Shown here: positions 12,685-28,700 of the stretch, piece by piece
Layout: every line of letters starts with the position of its first letter
Position numbering within the stretch: the first letter of the stretch is position 1
DNA from: Escherichia coli
Lineage (GTDB): Bacteria; Pseudomonadota; Gammaproteobacteria; Enterobacterales; Enterobacteriaceae
Direction: 5' to 3' (one strand)
Assembly (NCBI RefSeq): GCF_003334355.1
Contig: NZ_QOWP01000013.1
DNA length: 64,000 nucleotides
Notes under the pieces: generated by a model
Database searches by the model: none
What the model saw: only the letters and a program-made list of their open reading frames with translations
Told to the model about the DNA's origin: nothing
Translations under genes and position numbers: made by a program

Positions 12685-13911
12685 TTACTTCCGTTGCGCC
12701 GTTAACTCGGCAATACGGACGATCACCTGCACCGCTTTTTCCATACCTTCCAGAGTCACAAACTCATGCTTACCATGATAGTTGTAACCGCCAGTGAACA
12801 AGTTCGGGCACGGTAATCCCATAAACGACAACTGCGCGCCGTCGGTACCGCCGCGGATCGGTTTCAGTTCCGGTTCAATATCGCAGTCACGCATCGCCTG
12901 CTGGGCGATATCGAGAATATGCGGATGCTCAACCACTTTCTCGCGCATATTGTAGTAACTGTCTTCAATCACCAATTCAATGTAGCAATCAGGATGTAAC
13001 CCTTTGCCCACTTTTTTGGCGATCTCCATCATTTTACGTTTACGCGCTTCAAACTGTTTACGGTCGAAATCACGGATGATGTAGTGCATATCGGCTCGGT
13101 CAACGGTGCCTTTCATGCTCGCCAGGTGATAGAAACCTTCATAGCCTTCTGTCATTTCCGGGCTTTCATCCGCCGGAACTTCCGCATGAATACGTGCCGC
13201 CAGCGACAGCGCATTTACCATCACTCCTTTCGCCGTGCCCGGATGAACATTGTTACCGACAATTTTGATATTGACCGACGCGGCGTTGAAGTTTTCAAAC
13301 TCCAGTTCGCCTACGCCACCACCATCAACGGTGTAAGCCCAGCGGGCATCGAAGGCATCAACATCAAAATGTTTCGCCCCTTTGCCCACTTCTTCATCCG
13401 GGGTAAAGGCGACGCGAATATCACCATGCGGAATGTTTTTCTGTTGCAATACCGCCAGCGCGGTCATGATTTCTGCAATACCGGCTTTGTCATCGGCACC
13501 TAACAAGGTTTTACCATCGGTAGTAATCAACGTCTGACCCAGTAGCTGATGCAGCACCGGGAACATAACCGGTGATAAAACTTCATCGCCGATACCCAGC
13601 GCAATATCGCCACCGCGATAGTTTTCAACAATTTGCGGATTAACATTTTTGCCGCTGCAATCCGGTGAGGTATCCACATGAGAAATAAAGCCAATCGCCG
13701 GGATATCGCCAGGGACGTTAGCCGGTAACGTCGCCATCAAAGTGCCCTTCTCACTTAAGGTCACATTGATAAGCCCCATTTCTTCGAGCTGCTCTTTCAG
13801 CAGATGCAATAACTTCCATTGGCCTTCCGTGCTGGGAACCTGTCTCACCCCTGCTTTTGATTGGGTATCCAGAGACACGTAGTTCAAAAATCGCTCAAGT
13901 AGTTTATCCAT
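12685..13911 (-). CDS. pepT: Peptidase T (tripeptide aminopeptidase)
   Basis: Start set at [14 protein letters not shown] for 408 aa; M20 peptidase motifs. Confidence 0.9.
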   Translation of the reverse strand: MDKLLERFLNYVSLDTQSKAGVRQVPSTEGQWKLLHLLKEQLEEMGLINVTLSEKGTLMATLPANVPGDIPAIGFISHVDTSPDCSGKNVNPQIVENYRGGDIALGIGDEVLSPVMFPVLHQLLGQTLITTDGKTLLGADDKAGIAEIMTALAVLQQKNIPHGDIRVAFTPDEEVGKGAKHFDVDAFDARWAYTVDGGGVGELEFENFNAASVNIKIVGNNVHPGTAKGVMVNALSLAARIHAEVPADESPEMTEGYEGFYHLASMKGTVDRADMHYIIRDFDRKQFEARKRKMMEIAKKVGKGLHPDCYIELVIEDSYYNMREKVVEHPHILDIAQQAMRDCDIEPELKPIRGGTDGAQLSFMGLPCPNLFTGGYNYHGKHEFVTLEGMEKAVQVIVRIAELTAQRK

Positions 13912-14160
13912 GTAGTCACCCTCACTTTTTGTGACAACATTATTAAGAAGCAAGAAAAGACAAATATTGCGTCAGGTCACTTTTACCCCTGCAAGCGGGA
14001 ATATTTATCAGCATTACCTTAATGAATATAAAGCTAAGCCAGTAATTCACAACAAAGATTGGCGATTCAAGCGGTTTGCCGTAGAATTACCGCCCTCATT
14101 AAGAGTCACCAAGGTGGTTAACCACAAACCCCGCATCGGTAAGCCATCCGTTGCGTTTAC

Positions 14161-15297
14161 ATGGGACAGAGTAAAAAATTGAATAAACAACCGAGTTCGC
14201 TTTCACCGCTGGTGCAATTGGCGGGAATTCGCAAATGCTTTGATGGTAAAGAGGTCATTCCCCAGCTGGATCTGACTATCAACAATGGCGAGTTCCTCAC
14301 GCTGCTTGGCCCTTCTGGCTGCGGTAAAACAACCGTTCTTCGCCTGATTGCAGGTCTGGAAACTGTTGATTCCGGACGCATCATGCTGGATAACGAGGAC
14401 ATCACCCACGTTCCGGCGGAAAACCGCTATGTGAACACTGTTTTCCAAAGCTACGCACTTTTCCCCCACATGACCGTGTTCGAAAATGTGGCCTTTGGGT
14501 TGCGCATGCAAAAAACCCCCGCTGCTGAAATTACGCCCCGCGTGATGGAAGCCCTGCGGATGGTGCAACTGGAAACCTTCGCTCAACGTAAACCGCATCA
14601 GCTCTCTGGTGGTCAACAGCAACGCGTCGCCATTGCTCGCGCGGTGGTTAACAAGCCTCGTCTGTTGTTGCTGGATGAGTCGCTCTCAGCGCTGGATTAC
14701 AAACTGCGTAAGCAAATGCAGAACGAGCTGAAAGCGTTACAGCGTAAGCTTGGTATTACCTTCGTCTTTGTCACTCACGATCAGGAAGAAGCGCTCACCA
14801 TGTCAGACAGGATTGTGGTGATGCGCGAGGGTCGTATTGAGCAAGATGGTACACCGCGCGAAATTTACGAAGAGCCGAAAAACCTGTTTGTTGCCGGCTT
14901 CATTGGCGAAATCAATATGTTTAACGCCACTGTCATCGAACGTCTAGACGAGCAGCGCGTACGCGCCAACGTTGAAGGCCGCGAATGTAATATCTACGTT
15001 AACTTCGCCGTTGAACCGGGGCAAAAACTGCATGTTCTGCTGCGCCCGGAAGACTTACGTGTTGAAGAGATTAACGACGACAACCACGCTGAAGGGCTGA
15101 TTGGTTACGTTCGTGAGCGTAACTACAAAGGCATGACGCTGGAGTCGGTTGTTGAACTGGAAAATGGCAAGATGGTGATGGTCAGCGAATTCTTCAATGA
15201 AGACGACCCTGACTTTGACCACTCTCTCGACCAAAAAATGGCCATTAATTGGGTAGAAAGCTGGGAGGTCGTACTGGCTGATGAAGAACACAAGTAA
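14161..15297 (+). CDS. potA: Spermidine/putrescine ABC transporter ATPase PotA
   Basis: 378-aa ORF; Walker [13 protein letters not shown] signature [14 protein letters not shown]. Confidence 0.95.
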   Translation: MGQSKKLNKQPSSLSPLVQLAGIRKCFDGKEVIPQLDLTINNGEFLTLLGPSGCGKTTVLRLIAGLETVDSGRIMLDNEDITHVPAENRYVNTVFQSYALFPHMTVFENVAFGLRMQKTPAAEITPRVMEALRMVQLETFAQRKPHQLSGGQQQRVAIARAVVNKPRLLLLDESLSALDYKLRKQMQNELKALQRKLGITFVFVTHDQEEALTMSDRIVVMREGRIEQDGTPREIYEEPKNLFVAGFIGEINMFNATVIERLDEQRVRANVEGRECNIYVNFAVEPGQKLHVLLRPEDLRVEEINDDNHAEGLIGYVRERNYKGMTLESVVELENGKMVMVSEFFNEDDPDFDHSLDQKMAINWVESWEVVLADEEHK

Positions 15298-15310
15298 GTT
15301 CCAGAATGTA

Positions 15311-16138
15311 GTGATTGTCACTATTGTCGGTTGGCTTGTGTTGTTTGTCTTTCTGCCCAACCTGATGATCATTGGCACCAGCTTTTTGACCCGCGACGAC
15401 GCCAGTTTCGTCAAAATGGTCTTTACGCTGGATAACTACACGCGTCTGCTCGATCCGCTCTATTTTGAAGTGCTATTGCACTCGCTGAATATGGCGCTGA
15501 TCGCCACCCTCGCCTGCCTGGTGCTGGGCTACCCGTTTGCCTGGTTTCTGGCGAAGCTACCACACAAGGTGCGTCCGCTGCTGCTGTTTCTGCTGATTGT
15601 TCCCTTCTGGACCAACTCACTGATTCGCATCTACGGGCTGAAAATTTTCCTCAGCACCAAAGGCTATCTCAACGAGTTTTTGCTCTGGCTGGGCGTTATC
15701 GACACACCAATTCGTATCATGTTCACGCCCAGTGCGGTGATTATCGGTCTGGTTTACATTCTGCTACCGTTTATGGTGATGCCGCTGTACTCCAGTATCG
15801 AAAAACTGGATAAGCCGTTGCTTGAGGCGGCGCGCGATCTCGGTGCCAGCAAGTTACAGACTTTTATCCGTATCATTATTCCACTGACGATGCCGGGAAT
15901 TATTGCCGGATGTCTGCTGGTGATGCTGCCAGCGATGGGCCTGTTCTATGTGTCCGACCTGATGGGCGGTGCGAAAAACCTGCTGATCGGTAACGTCATC
16001 AAGGTACAGTTCCTCAATATTCGTGACTGGCCGTTTGGTGCAGCCACCAGCATTACGCTGACTATCGTAATGGGCCTGATGTTGCTGGTTTACTGGCGCG
16101 CTTCTCGTCTGCTGAATAAAAAGGTGGAACTCGAATGA
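15311..16138 (+). CDS. potB: Spermidine/putrescine ABC transporter permease PotB
   Basis: GTG at 15311 gives the 275-aa product I recall; the ORF track also allows an in-frame ATG at 15281 (285 aa). Start uncertain. Confidence 0.85.
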   Translation: MIVTIVGWLVLFVFLPNLMIIGTSFLTRDDASFVKMVFTLDNYTRLLDPLYFEVLLHSLNMALIATLACLVLGYPFAWFLAKLPHKVRPLLLFLLIVPFWTNSLIRIYGLKIFLSTKGYLNEFLLWLGVIDTPIRIMFTPSAVIIGLVYILLPFMVMPLYSSIEKLDKPLLEAARDLGASKLQTFIRIIIPLTMPGIIAGCLLVMLPAMGLFYVSDLMGGAKNLLIGNVIKVQFLNIRDWPFGAATSITLTIVMGLMLLVYWRASRLLNKKVELE

Positions 16139-16929
16139 TCGGTCGACTGCTTCGCGGCGGTTTTATGACCGCTATCTACGCGTACCTGTATATCCCAATC
16201 ATTATTTTGATTGTGAACTCCTTTAACAGCTCGCGCTTTGGCATCAACTGGCAGGGTTTTACCACCAAATGGTATAGCCTGCTGATGAACAACGACAGCC
16301 TGTTACAGGCAGCGCAGCATTCACTAACAATGGCGGTGTTTTCGGCGACGTTTGCTACGCTTATCGGTTCACTGACGGCAGTTGCGCTGTACCGTTATCG
16401 CTTTCGCGGTAAGCCGTTCGTTAGCGGAATGCTGTTTGTGGTAATGATGTCACCAGATATCGTGATGGCAATTTCGCTGCTGGTGCTGTTTATGCTGCTG
16501 GGTATTCAGCTTGGCTTCTGGTCGCTGCTGTTCTCGCATATCACCTTCTGCCTGCCATTTGTGGTGGTGACGGTGTATTCGCGCCTGAAAGGTTTTGACG
16601 TGCGGATGCTGGAAGCGGCGAAAGATCTCGGTGCCAGCGAATTTACCATTCTGCGAAAAATCATTCTGCCACTGGCAATGCCAGCGGTGGCGGCGGGCTG
16701 GGTGTTAAGCTTTACCCTGTCGATGGACGATGTGGTAGTTTCTTCGTTCGTCACCGGACCAAGTTATGAAATTCTGCCGTTAAAAATTTATTCGATGGTC
16801 AAAGTCGGCGTATCGCCGGAAGTTAACGCGCTGGCAACCATATTACTGGTGCTGTCGCTGGTGATGGTTATTGCCAGCCAGCTTATTGCTCGTGATAAAA
16901 CGAAAGGTAACACAGGGGACGTTAAATGA
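16135..16929 (+). CDS. potC: Spermidine/putrescine ABC transporter permease PotC
   Basis: 264-aa membrane ORF overlapping the potB stop. Confidence 0.95.
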   Translation: MIGRLLRGGFMTAIYAYLYIPIIILIVNSFNSSRFGINWQGFTTKWYSLLMNNDSLLQAAQHSLTMAVFSATFATLIGSLTAVALYRYRFRGKPFVSGMLFVVMMSPDIVMAISLLVLFMLLGIQLGFWSLLFSHITFCLPFVVVTVYSRLKGFDVRMLEAAKDLGASEFTILRKIILPLAMPAVAAGWVLSFTLSMDDVVVSSFVTGPSYEILPLKIYSMVKVGVSPEVNALATILLVLSLVMVIASQLIARDKTKGNTGDVK

Positions 16930-17972
16930 AAAAATGGTCACGCCACCTGCTCGCGGCGGGTGCTCTGGCACTGGGCATGAGCGCCGCTCACGCCGATGAC
17001 AACAACACGCTGTATTTCTACAACTGGACCGAGTACGTGCCGCCAGGACTGCTTGAACAGTTCACCAAAGAAACCGGTATTAAGGTTATCTATTCGACTT
17101 ACGAGTCGAACGAAACCATGTATGCCAAGCTGAAAACGTACAAAGACGGTGCCTATGACCTGGTGGTTCCTTCAACCTATTACGTCGATAAAATGCGTAA
17201 AGAAGGGATGATCCAGAAGATCGACAAGTCGAAGTTAACGAACTTCAGCAATCTCGATCCAGACATGCTCAATAAGCCGTTTGACCCGAATAACGATTAC
17301 TCCATTCCGTATATCTGGGGTGCGACGGCGATTGGTGTTAACGGTGATGCGGTGGATCCGAAATCTGTCACCAGCTGGGCCGATCTGTGGAAGCCTGAGT
17401 ACAAAGGCAGCCTGCTGTTGACCGACGATGCCCGTGAAGTGTTCCAGATGGCGCTGCGTAAGCTGGGCTACTCCGGTAACACCACCGATCCGAAAGAGAT
17501 TGAAGCTGCATATAACGAGCTGAAAAAACTGATGCCAAACGTGGCAGCCTTTAACTCCGATAACCCGGCTAACCCGTACATGGAAGGCGAAGTTAACCTC
17601 GGCATGATCTGGAACGGTTCTGCTTTCGTTGCACGCCAGGCGGGTACGCCAATTGACGTGGTATGGCCGAAAGAAGGCGGCATTTTCTGGATGGACAGCC
17701 TGGCGATCCCGGCAAATGCCAAAAACAAAGAAGGCGCGCTGAAATTGATCAACTTCCTGCTGCGCCCGGATGTGGCAAAACAGGTTGCCGAAACTATCGG
17801 TTATCCAACGCCAAACCTTGCGGCGCGTAAGCTGTTAAGCCCGGAAGTGGCGAACGATAAAACGCTCTACCCGGATGCTGAAACCATTAAAAATGGCGAA
17901 TGGCAGAATGACGTTGGCGCAGCCAGCAGCATTTATGAAGAGTATTATCAGAAGCTGAAAGCAGGACGTTAA
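16926..17972 (+). CDS. potD: Spermidine/putrescine periplasmic binding protein PotD
   Basis: 348-aa ORF with signal peptide. Confidence 0.95.
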   Translation: MKKWSRHLLAAGALALGMSAAHADDNNTLYFYNWTEYVPPGLLEQFTKETGIKVIYSTYESNETMYAKLKTYKDGAYDLVVPSTYYVDKMRKEGMIQKIDKSKLTNFSNLDPDMLNKPFDPNNDYSIPYIWGATAIGVNGDAVDPKSVTSWADLWKPEYKGSLLLTDDAREVFQMALRKLGYSGNTTDPKEIEAAYNELKKLMPNVAAFNSDNPANPYMEGEVNLGMIWNGSAFVARQAGTPIDVVWPKEGGIFWMDSLAIPANAKNKEGALKLINFLLRPDVAKQVAETIGYPTPNLAARKLLSPEVANDKTLYPDAETIKNGEWQNDVGAASSIYEEYYQKLKAGR

Positions 17973-17980
17973 TTCAGCAA

Positions 17981-18009
17981 GCGGGCGGTGGTATTACCGC
18001 CCGTTTTTT
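17981..18009 (+). terminator. potABCD operon terminator
   Basis: Hairpin GCGGGCGGTGGTATTACCGCCCG followed by TTTTTT. Confidence 0.7.
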
Positions 18010-18029
18010 AGTTAGCAAGGATGTGGCTA

Positions 18030-18491
18030 ATGAGTCAGGACAGTAAAGTTTTCTTTCGTATATTCCTCGGTATCGGTCTGGTACTGATCCTCATTTCTGT
18101 TGTTGTCTTTTATAACCAGTTCACCTATAGCAAAGACGCGATTCATACCGAAGGCGTCATTGTTGATACCGTCTGGCACTCCAGTCATTCTCATCGCACG
18201 GGTAAAGATGGTTCGTGGTATCCCGTCGTTGCCTTTCGACCGACGCCAGATTACACGCTAATTTTCAATTCGAGTATCGGCAGCGATTTTTATGAAGACA
18301 GCGAAGGCGATAAAGTTAATGTTTATTATTCTCCCGGGCATCCTGAAAAGGCTGAGATAAATAACCCGTGGGTTAATTTTTTTAAATGGGGGTTTATCGG
18401 CATTATGGGCGTTATTTTTATCGCCGTCGGTTTATTAATAAGTATGCCCTCCTCTAAAAAATCACGCAGGAAACGGAAGTCCCGCCCATGA
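18030..18491 (+). CDS. ymfA: Inner membrane protein YmfA (DUF3592)
   Basis: Start set at MSQDSK for 153 aa; two hydrophobic segments. Confidence 0.8.
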
Positions 18492-19276
18492 AAAAATTCA
18501 TTATACTGCTCAGTTTACTGATACTCCTGCCTCTGACAGCAGCCAGCAAGCCATTAATTCCAATAATGAAGACACTTTTTACGGACGTTACCGGTACTGT
18601 ACCAGATGCTGAAGAGATCGCGCATAAAGCCGAGCTTTTTCGCCAACAAACGGGAATTGCACCGTTTATTGTGGTTTTACCCGACATTAATAATGAAGCC
18701 AGTCTCAGACAAAATGGTAAAGCGATGCTGGCGCATGCGTCATCTTCATTGAGTGATGTAAAAGGAAGTGTTCTGTTACTATTTACTACCCGCGAACCAC
18801 GGTTAATTATGATCACCAACGGCCAGGTTGAAAGCGGTCTGGACGATAAACATCTCGGCCTTCTGATAGAAAATCACACACTGGCTTATTTACATGCTGG
18901 CCTCTGGTATCAGGGAATCAATAATGCATTGGCTGTTCTACAAGCACAGATATTAAAACAACCGACGCCTCCACTAACATATTATCCGCATCCAGGACAA
19001 CAGCATGAAAATGATCCCCCCGGCAGCACCAACACATTAGGTTTTATCGCCTGGGCTGCAACGTTTGTCTTATTTTCCTCGGTCTTTTACTACACGACTC
19101 GTTTTATTTATGCGTTAAAATTTGCAGTAGCGATGACTATTGCCAATATGGGCTATCAGGCTTTATGCCTGTATATCGATAATAGCTTTGCGATTACCAG
19201 AATATCGCCACTCTGGGCAGGGCTGATTGGTGTCTGTACGTTTATTGCCGTGTTGTTATTGACGAGTAAACGGTAA
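18488..19276 (+). CDS. ycfZ: Inner membrane protein YcfZ
   Basis: 262-aa ORF overlapping the ymfA stop (ATGA); synteny. Confidence 0.8.
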
Positions 19277-19303
19277 AAGAGACAGTAAAATGCGTGTGTA
19301 TTA

Positions 19304-19405
19304 TGCCGGTTGCGGCGCGAACGCCTTATCCGGCCCACAAAACCCGCAAATTCAATTAATTGCGTCCCCTTGCAGGCCTGATAAGCGTAGTGCATCAGGC
19401 AATGC
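19304..19405. repeat. REP/BIME element between ycfZ and cobB
   Basis: Two REP-type palindromes: GCCGGTTGCGGCG..CGCCTTATCCGGCC and GCCTGATAAGCGTAGTGCATCAGGC. Confidence 0.75.
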
Positions 19406-20234
19406 TTCCCGCTTTTAATCCCTTCAGCAACTTTTCAACAAACTCAGGCACCACCTGGCTTGCCGGGCCGTAATATTTCTCGGCAAATTCATTACCAACC
19501 TGACTCGGTTCAAGATTCAGTTCCACGGTGTGCGCGCCATGCAGTTTCGCTTCGTGAACAAACCCAGCCGCCGGATAAACATGCCCGGATGTGCCAATGG
19601 CAATGAAAATATCGGCCATCGACAACGCCATATAAATTTCATCCATGCCGAGTGGCATTTCGCCAAACCACACTACATGCGGGCGCAAGGGTGCCGGAAA
19701 CTGGCAACAATGGCATTTATCTTCTGGGGTAACGTCTCCTGTCCAGTCGAGAACCTGACCACTTTGTGAACAACGCACTTTCAGCAGTTCCCCATGCATA
19801 TGAATCACATTGGTATTACCTGCGCGTTCATGCAGGTTGTCGATATTCTGCGTCACCAGCAAAAAGCGATCGCCGAGGGCGTCTTGCAGTTTAGCCAGCG
19901 CAAGATGCGCGGCGTTAGGCTGAATTTCTGGCTGCTGCAGCTGTCGACGACGGGCGTTATAAAACGCTTGCACCAGTTCAGGATCGCGATCGAAACCTTC
20001 CGGCGTTGCCACATCTTCAACCCGATGTTCTTCCCACAGGCCATCTGCGGCGCGAAAGGTACGAATACCTGATTCCGCAGAAATTCCTGCCCCTGTCAGT
20101 ACGAGTACTCTTGGTTTTTCCATTGCTTCCGGCACCACTTTATCTCTGAAAAAAATACGCTGACGCAAACGCTCGCGCAGGCGGCGTTTATTTTTACGAA
20201 AACGACTTAACCGATGACCCCGACGCGACAGCAT
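19395..20234 (-). CDS. cobB: NAD-dependent protein deacylase CobB (sirtuin), long isoform
   Basis: 279-aa ORF; internal Met ([19 protein letters not shown]) corresponds to the short isoform start. Confidence 0.9.
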   Translation of the reverse strand: MLSRRGHRLSRFRKNKRRLRERLRQRIFFRDKVVPEAMEKPRVLVLTGAGISAESGIRTFRAADGLWEEHRVEDVATPEGFDRDPELVQAFYNARRRQLQQPEIQPNAAHLALAKLQDALGDRFLLVTQNIDNLHERAGNTNVIHMHGELLKVRCSQSGQVLDWTGDVTPEDKCHCCQFPAPLRPHVVWFGEMPLGMDEIYMALSMADIFIAIGTSGHVYPAAGFVHEAKLHGAHTVELNLEPSQVGNEFAEKYYGPASQVVPEFVEKLLKGLKAGSIA

Positions 20235-20249
20235 AGCAACCTCTGTTGT

Positions 20250-21161
20250 TTAATCGGTTAGATGTAGGAAGGCCGCACCACGCATTCCTCCCGCATCACC
20301 GTGGCGCGCGCGTTCAATGCGCGGAACACGAGCTACAGGTAAGAGATGACGAGGCAGCCTGTCCGCCAGTTGCGTTGTGATTGCCGGGAAATTCGATAAG
20401 CCACCACCAATGACGACCAGGTCAGGGTCAACAATGGTCAGGATATTTCCCAGACAAACCGCTAATAAATCCAGATAACGCTCAACGTGCGCCCTTGCCT
20501 GCTCATCGCCTTGATCATAAAGCGCAATAATTTCGGGAGCCTGCAACGGTTGATGATAATAGTGTTGATACAGCCACGCAAAACCGCGACCAGACAGATA
20601 ATTTTCAATGCAGCCATGCTGACCACAGCCGCAGCGGCGTAACGGGAAATCCAACCCCATCATGGTTAACGCATCAACCGGCAGACGCATATGGCCAAAC
20701 TCGCCGGTAATGTAGCTTTTACCGGTAATCGGTTTGCCGTTGAAAATCAGCCCGCCGCCAACGCCGGTGCCGAGAATCAACCCCATCACCAGTGGATATT
20801 GAGTAAATTCATCATCCCAGGCTTCTGAAAGGGCAAAACAGTTGGCATCGTTATCAAGGCGTACATCGCGATCAAGACGTGCGCTCAGGTCGGCACGCAG
20901 CGGTTTACCGCTGGCAGCGGGGACATTGGCGGCATACAGCGTACCATCTTCTGTTTCCGGCATTCCCGGAATACCGATGCCGACAGAACCTTTACAGCCA
21001 AAACGTTGGTCAGCTTCAGCTACCAGCTCACACACTGCATCTAAAAATGCGTCATAGCTGTCACGCGGTGTCGGCACCCGCTTTTCCCACTGCAACTGCC
21101 GACCGCTATCAAACACGCCAAGCGCAATTTTTGTTCCACCAATATCAAACCCGTAATACAT
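20250..21161 (-). CDS. nagK: N-acetyl-D-glucosamine kinase NagK
   Basis: Start set at [15 protein letters not shown] for 303 aa; ROK family. Confidence 0.9.
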
Positions 21162-21189
21162 TGCCGCTCCTTGTTTTAATGTACTGCCT

Positions 21190-24438
<3,249 letters not shown>

Positions 24439-24588
24439 TCAATCGGCTAAATTGCCATGTTTTATCATCAATCTTGCCGCCTGATCTTAATCTGAAAAAT
24501 CATCCAATACAGACAGATACCCATTACACCTCGGGTCATAACCCGCAGGATCAACCGCATGTAAATTAAAAAAGAGCGTGTTGTCCTG

Positions 24589-25662
24589 ATGAAACAAAAA
24601 GAGCTATGGATTAACCAGATCAAAGGGTTATGTATTTGTCTGGTGGTGATTTATCACTCGGTCATTACCTTTTATCCGCATCTGACCACTTTTCAGCATC
24701 CGTTATCGGAAGTCCTGAGCAAATGCTGGATCTATTTCAATCTTTACCTTGCCCCCTTTCGTATGCCGGTTTTTTTCTTTATATCCGGCTATTTGATTCG
24801 CCGCTATATCGACAGCGTACCGTGGGGAAATTGTCTCGATAAACGGATCTGGAACATCTTCTGGGTGCTGGCGCTTTGGGGCGTGGTGCAGTGGCTGGCG
24901 TTAAGTGCGCTGAACCAGTGGCTGGCACCTGAGCGCGATTTAAGCAATGCCTCCAATGCCGCTTATGCCGATTCTACCGGTGAGTTCCTGCACGGGATGA
25001 TCACCGCCAGCACCAGCTTGTGGTATCTGTATGCGTTAATTGTCTATTTCGTGGTATGTAAAATTTTTAGCCGTCTGGCGCTGCCACTATTCGCCTTGTT
25101 TGTACTGCTGAGTGTGGCGGTTAATTTCGTTCCCACGCCGTGGTGGGGAATGAACAGTGTGATCCGCAATTTGCCTTATTACAGCCTTGGCGCATGGTTT
25201 GGCGCAACAATAATGACCTGTGTTAAAGAGGTGCCGTTGCGCCGCCATCTGCTAATGGCTTCTTTGCTTACCGTTCTGGCGGTCGGTGCCTGGTTGTTTA
25301 CTATCTCGCTGCTGTTGTCGCTGGTATCGATTGTGGTGATCATGAAGCTGTTTTATCAATACGAGCAACGATTCGGTATGCGCTCCACCAGCCTGCTGAA
25401 TGTGATTGGCTCCAACACCATTGCTATCTACACCACCCATCGCATTCTGGTTGAAATATTCAGCTTAACTCTGCTTGCGCAAATGAACGCAGCACGCTGG
25501 TCGCCGCAAGTCGAACTGACACTCCTGCTGGTTTATCCCTTTGTCAGTTTGTTCATCTGTACTGTTGCGGGCTTGCTGGTAAGAAAACTTTCACAGCGTG
25601 CATTCAGCGATCTGTTGTTCTCCCCGCCTTCACTGCCCGCTGCCGTCAGTTACTCCCGCTAA
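24589..25662 (+). CDS. ycfT: Inner membrane acyltransferase-family protein YcfT
   Basis: 357-aa polytopic membrane ORF; synteny between lolC and mfd. Confidence 0.8.
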   Translation: MKQKELWINQIKGLCICLVVIYHSVITFYPHLTTFQHPLSEVLSKCWIYFNLYLAPFRMPVFFFISGYLIRRYIDSVPWGNCLDKRIWNIFWVLALWGVVQWLALSALNQWLAPERDLSNASNAAYADSTGEFLHGMITASTSLWYLYALIVYFVVCKIFSRLALPLFALFVLLSVAVNFVPTPWWGMNSVIRNLPYYSLGAWFGATIMTCVKEVPLRRHLLMASLLTVLAVGAWLFTISLLLSLVSIVVIMKLFYQYEQRFGMRSTSLLNVIGSNTIAIYTTHRILVEIFSLTLLAQMNAARWSPQVELTLLLVYPFVSLFICTVAGLLVRKLSQRAFSDLLFSPPSLPAAVSYSR

Positions 25663-25789
25663 GCCATCGCCCCAGCCGGGGCGATTCAATTTGCTAAACC
25701 ATGTCGATTACGGATAATGAACAGCATTGCTTATCAGAGATATGCCCCCATATGTTGAGGCATATCCTAACGAGAATCTGACAACCGTT

Positions 25790-28700
25790 ATGCCTGAACA
25801 ATATCGTTATACGCTGCCCGTCAAAGCGGGTGAGCAGCGTCTGCTGGGCGAGTTAACCGGCGCAGCCTGTGCAACGCTGGTAGCGGAAATTGCCGAACGT
25901 CACGCCGGTCCGGTGGTACTCATTGCACCAGATATGCAAAATGCTCTGCGTTTGCATGATGAAATCAGCCAGTTCACCGATCAGATGGTGATGAATCTGG
26001 CGGACTGGGAAACTCTTCCCTACGACAGTTTTTCGCCTCATCAGGACATTATCTCCTCGCGCCTTTCCACCCTTTACCAGCTACCGACGATGCAGCGTGG
26101 CGTACTGATTGTTCCGGTGAATACGCTTATGCAGCGCGTTTGCCCACACAGTTTTCTCCACGGTCATGCGCTGGTGATGAAAAAAGGTCAGCGCCTGTCA
26201 CGAGATGCATTACGAACCCAACTGGACAGCGCCGGTTATCGCCATGTTGACCAGGTGATGGAGCACGGCGAATACGCCACGCGCGGCGCGTTGCTGGATC
26301 TCTTCCCGATGGGGAGTGAGCTGCCTTATCGTCTTGATTTCTTTGATGATGAAATCGACAGCCTGCGGGTGTTTGACGTCGACAGCCAGCGCACGCTGGA
26401 GGAAGTAGAAGCGATCAATCTGCTGCCCGCGCACGAATTTCCGACCGATAAAGCGGCAATTGAACTGTTCCGCAGCCAGTGGCGCGATACCTTCGAAGTG
26501 AAGCGCGATCCGGAACATATTTACCAGCAAGTGAGTAAAGGCACATTACCTGCCGGGATCGAGTACTGGCAGCCATTGTTCTTCAGCGAACCACTGCCGC
26601 CGCTGTTCAGTTATTTCCCTGCCAATACCTTGCTGGTGAATACTGGCGATCTGGAAACCAGTGCCGAACGTTTCCAGGCTGACACGCTGGCGCGTTTTGA
26701 GAATCGCGGCGTCGATCCGATGCGCCCGCTGTTGCCACCACAATCGCTCTGGCTGCGGGTGGACGAGCTCTTCTCAGAGCTGAAAAACTGGCCCCGGGTG
26801 CAGCTAAAAACTGAACATTTACCGACAAAAGCAGCGAATGCCAATTTAGGCTTCGAGAAGCTGCCAGACCTGGCCGTTCAGGCACAACAAAAAGCGCCGC
26901 TGGATGCGCTGCGTAAGTTCCTCGAGTCTTTCGACGGTCCGGTGGTGTTCTCGGTAGAAAGTGAAGGTCGCCGTGAAGCGCTGGGTGAACTGCTCGCACG
27001 AATTAAAATTGCTCCGCAACGCATTATGCGTCTTGATGAAGCCAGCGACCGTGGGCGTTATCTGATGATTGGCGCTGCCGAACATGGTTTTGTCGATAAG
27101 GTGCGTAACCTAGCGCTGATTTGCGAAAGCGATCTGCTCGGTGAACGTGTTGCCCGCCGTCGTCAGGATTCTCGCCGCACCATCAACCCCGATACACTGA
27201 TCCGTAACCTTGCGGAGCTGCATATTGGCCAGCCGGTGGTCCATCTGGAGCACGGCGTCGGTCGCTATGCCGGAATGACCACGCTGGAAGCGGGCGGCAT
27301 TACCGGCGAGTACCTGATGCTCACCTATGCCAACGACGCCAAACTGTATGTTCCGGTGTCGTCACTGCATCTGATTAGCCGTTACGCAGGTGGCGCGGAA
27401 GAAAACGCCCCGCTGCATAAACTTGGCGGTGATGCGTGGTCACGCGCGCGGCAGAAAGCGGCGGAAAAAGTGCGTGATGTGGCGGCGGAATTGCTGGATA
27501 TCTACGCGCAACGCGCCGCCAAAGAGGGCTTCGCGTTTAAACACGATCGTGAGCAGTATCAGTTGTTCTGCGACAGCTTCCCGTTTGAAACCACGCCGGA
27601 TCAGGCTCAAGCCATTAATGCGGTGCTTAGCGACATGTGTCAGCCACTGGCAATGGATCGTCTGGTGTGCGGCGATGTTGGCTTTGGTAAAACAGAAGTG
27701 GCAATGCGCGCCGCTTTCCTGGCAGTAGATAACCACAAGCAGGTAGCGGTGCTGGTGCCTACCACCCTTCTCGCGCAGCAGCATTACGACAACTTCCGCG
27801 ACCGTTTCGCCAACTGGCCGGTCCGTATCGAAATGATCTCCCGTTTCCGCAGCGCCAAAGAGCAGACGCAAATCCTTGCGGAAGTGGCGGAAGGGAAAAT
27901 CGATATTCTGATCGGTACGCACAAACTGCTGCAAAGTGACGTCAAGTTTAAAGATTTAGGCCTGCTGATTGTCGATGAAGAACACCGCTTCGGGGTGCGT
28001 CATAAAGAGCGCATTAAAGCGATGCGCGCGAACGTGGATATTCTGACGCTTACTGCAACGCCGATCCCACGTACGCTGAATATGGCAATGAGCGGAATGC
28101 GTGACCTGTCGATTATCGCCACGCCGCCCGCCCGTCGTCTGGCAGTTAAAACCTTTGTCCGTGAGTATGACAGCCTGGTGGTCCGGGAGGCGATCCTGCG
28201 TGAAATTTTGCGCGGAGGACAGGTTTATTATCTCTACAATGATGTGGAAAACATTCAGAAAGCCGCCGAACGGCTGGCAGAACTGGTGCCAGAAGCGCGG
28301 ATCGCCATCGGTCACGGGCAGATGCGCGAGCGCGAACTGGAACGGGTGATGAATGATTTCCATCATCAACGTTTCAACGTGCTGGTTTGTACCACCATTA
28401 TCGAAACCGGGATCGACATCCCGACAGCCAACACCATTATCATTGAACGGGCGGATCACTTCGGTCTGGCGCAGCTGCACCAGTTACGCGGTCGCGTCGG
28501 ACGTTCGCATCATCAGGCATATGCATGGTTGCTGACACCGCATCCAAAAGCGATGACTACCGATGCACAAAAACGTCTTGAAGCGATTGCCTCGCTGGAA
28601 GATCTCGGGGCAGGTTTTGCGCTGGCAACGCACGATCTGGAGATTCGCGGCGCGGGTGAACTGCTTGGCGAAGAACAAAGCGGCTCAATGGAAACCATCG

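Noticed and set aside
19304-19405. GC-rich palindromic repeats considered as a possible CRISPR array or integron attC sites
   Set aside because: They are isolated REP/BIME units of differing sequence with no regular repeat-spacer periodicity and no cas or integrase genes nearby.
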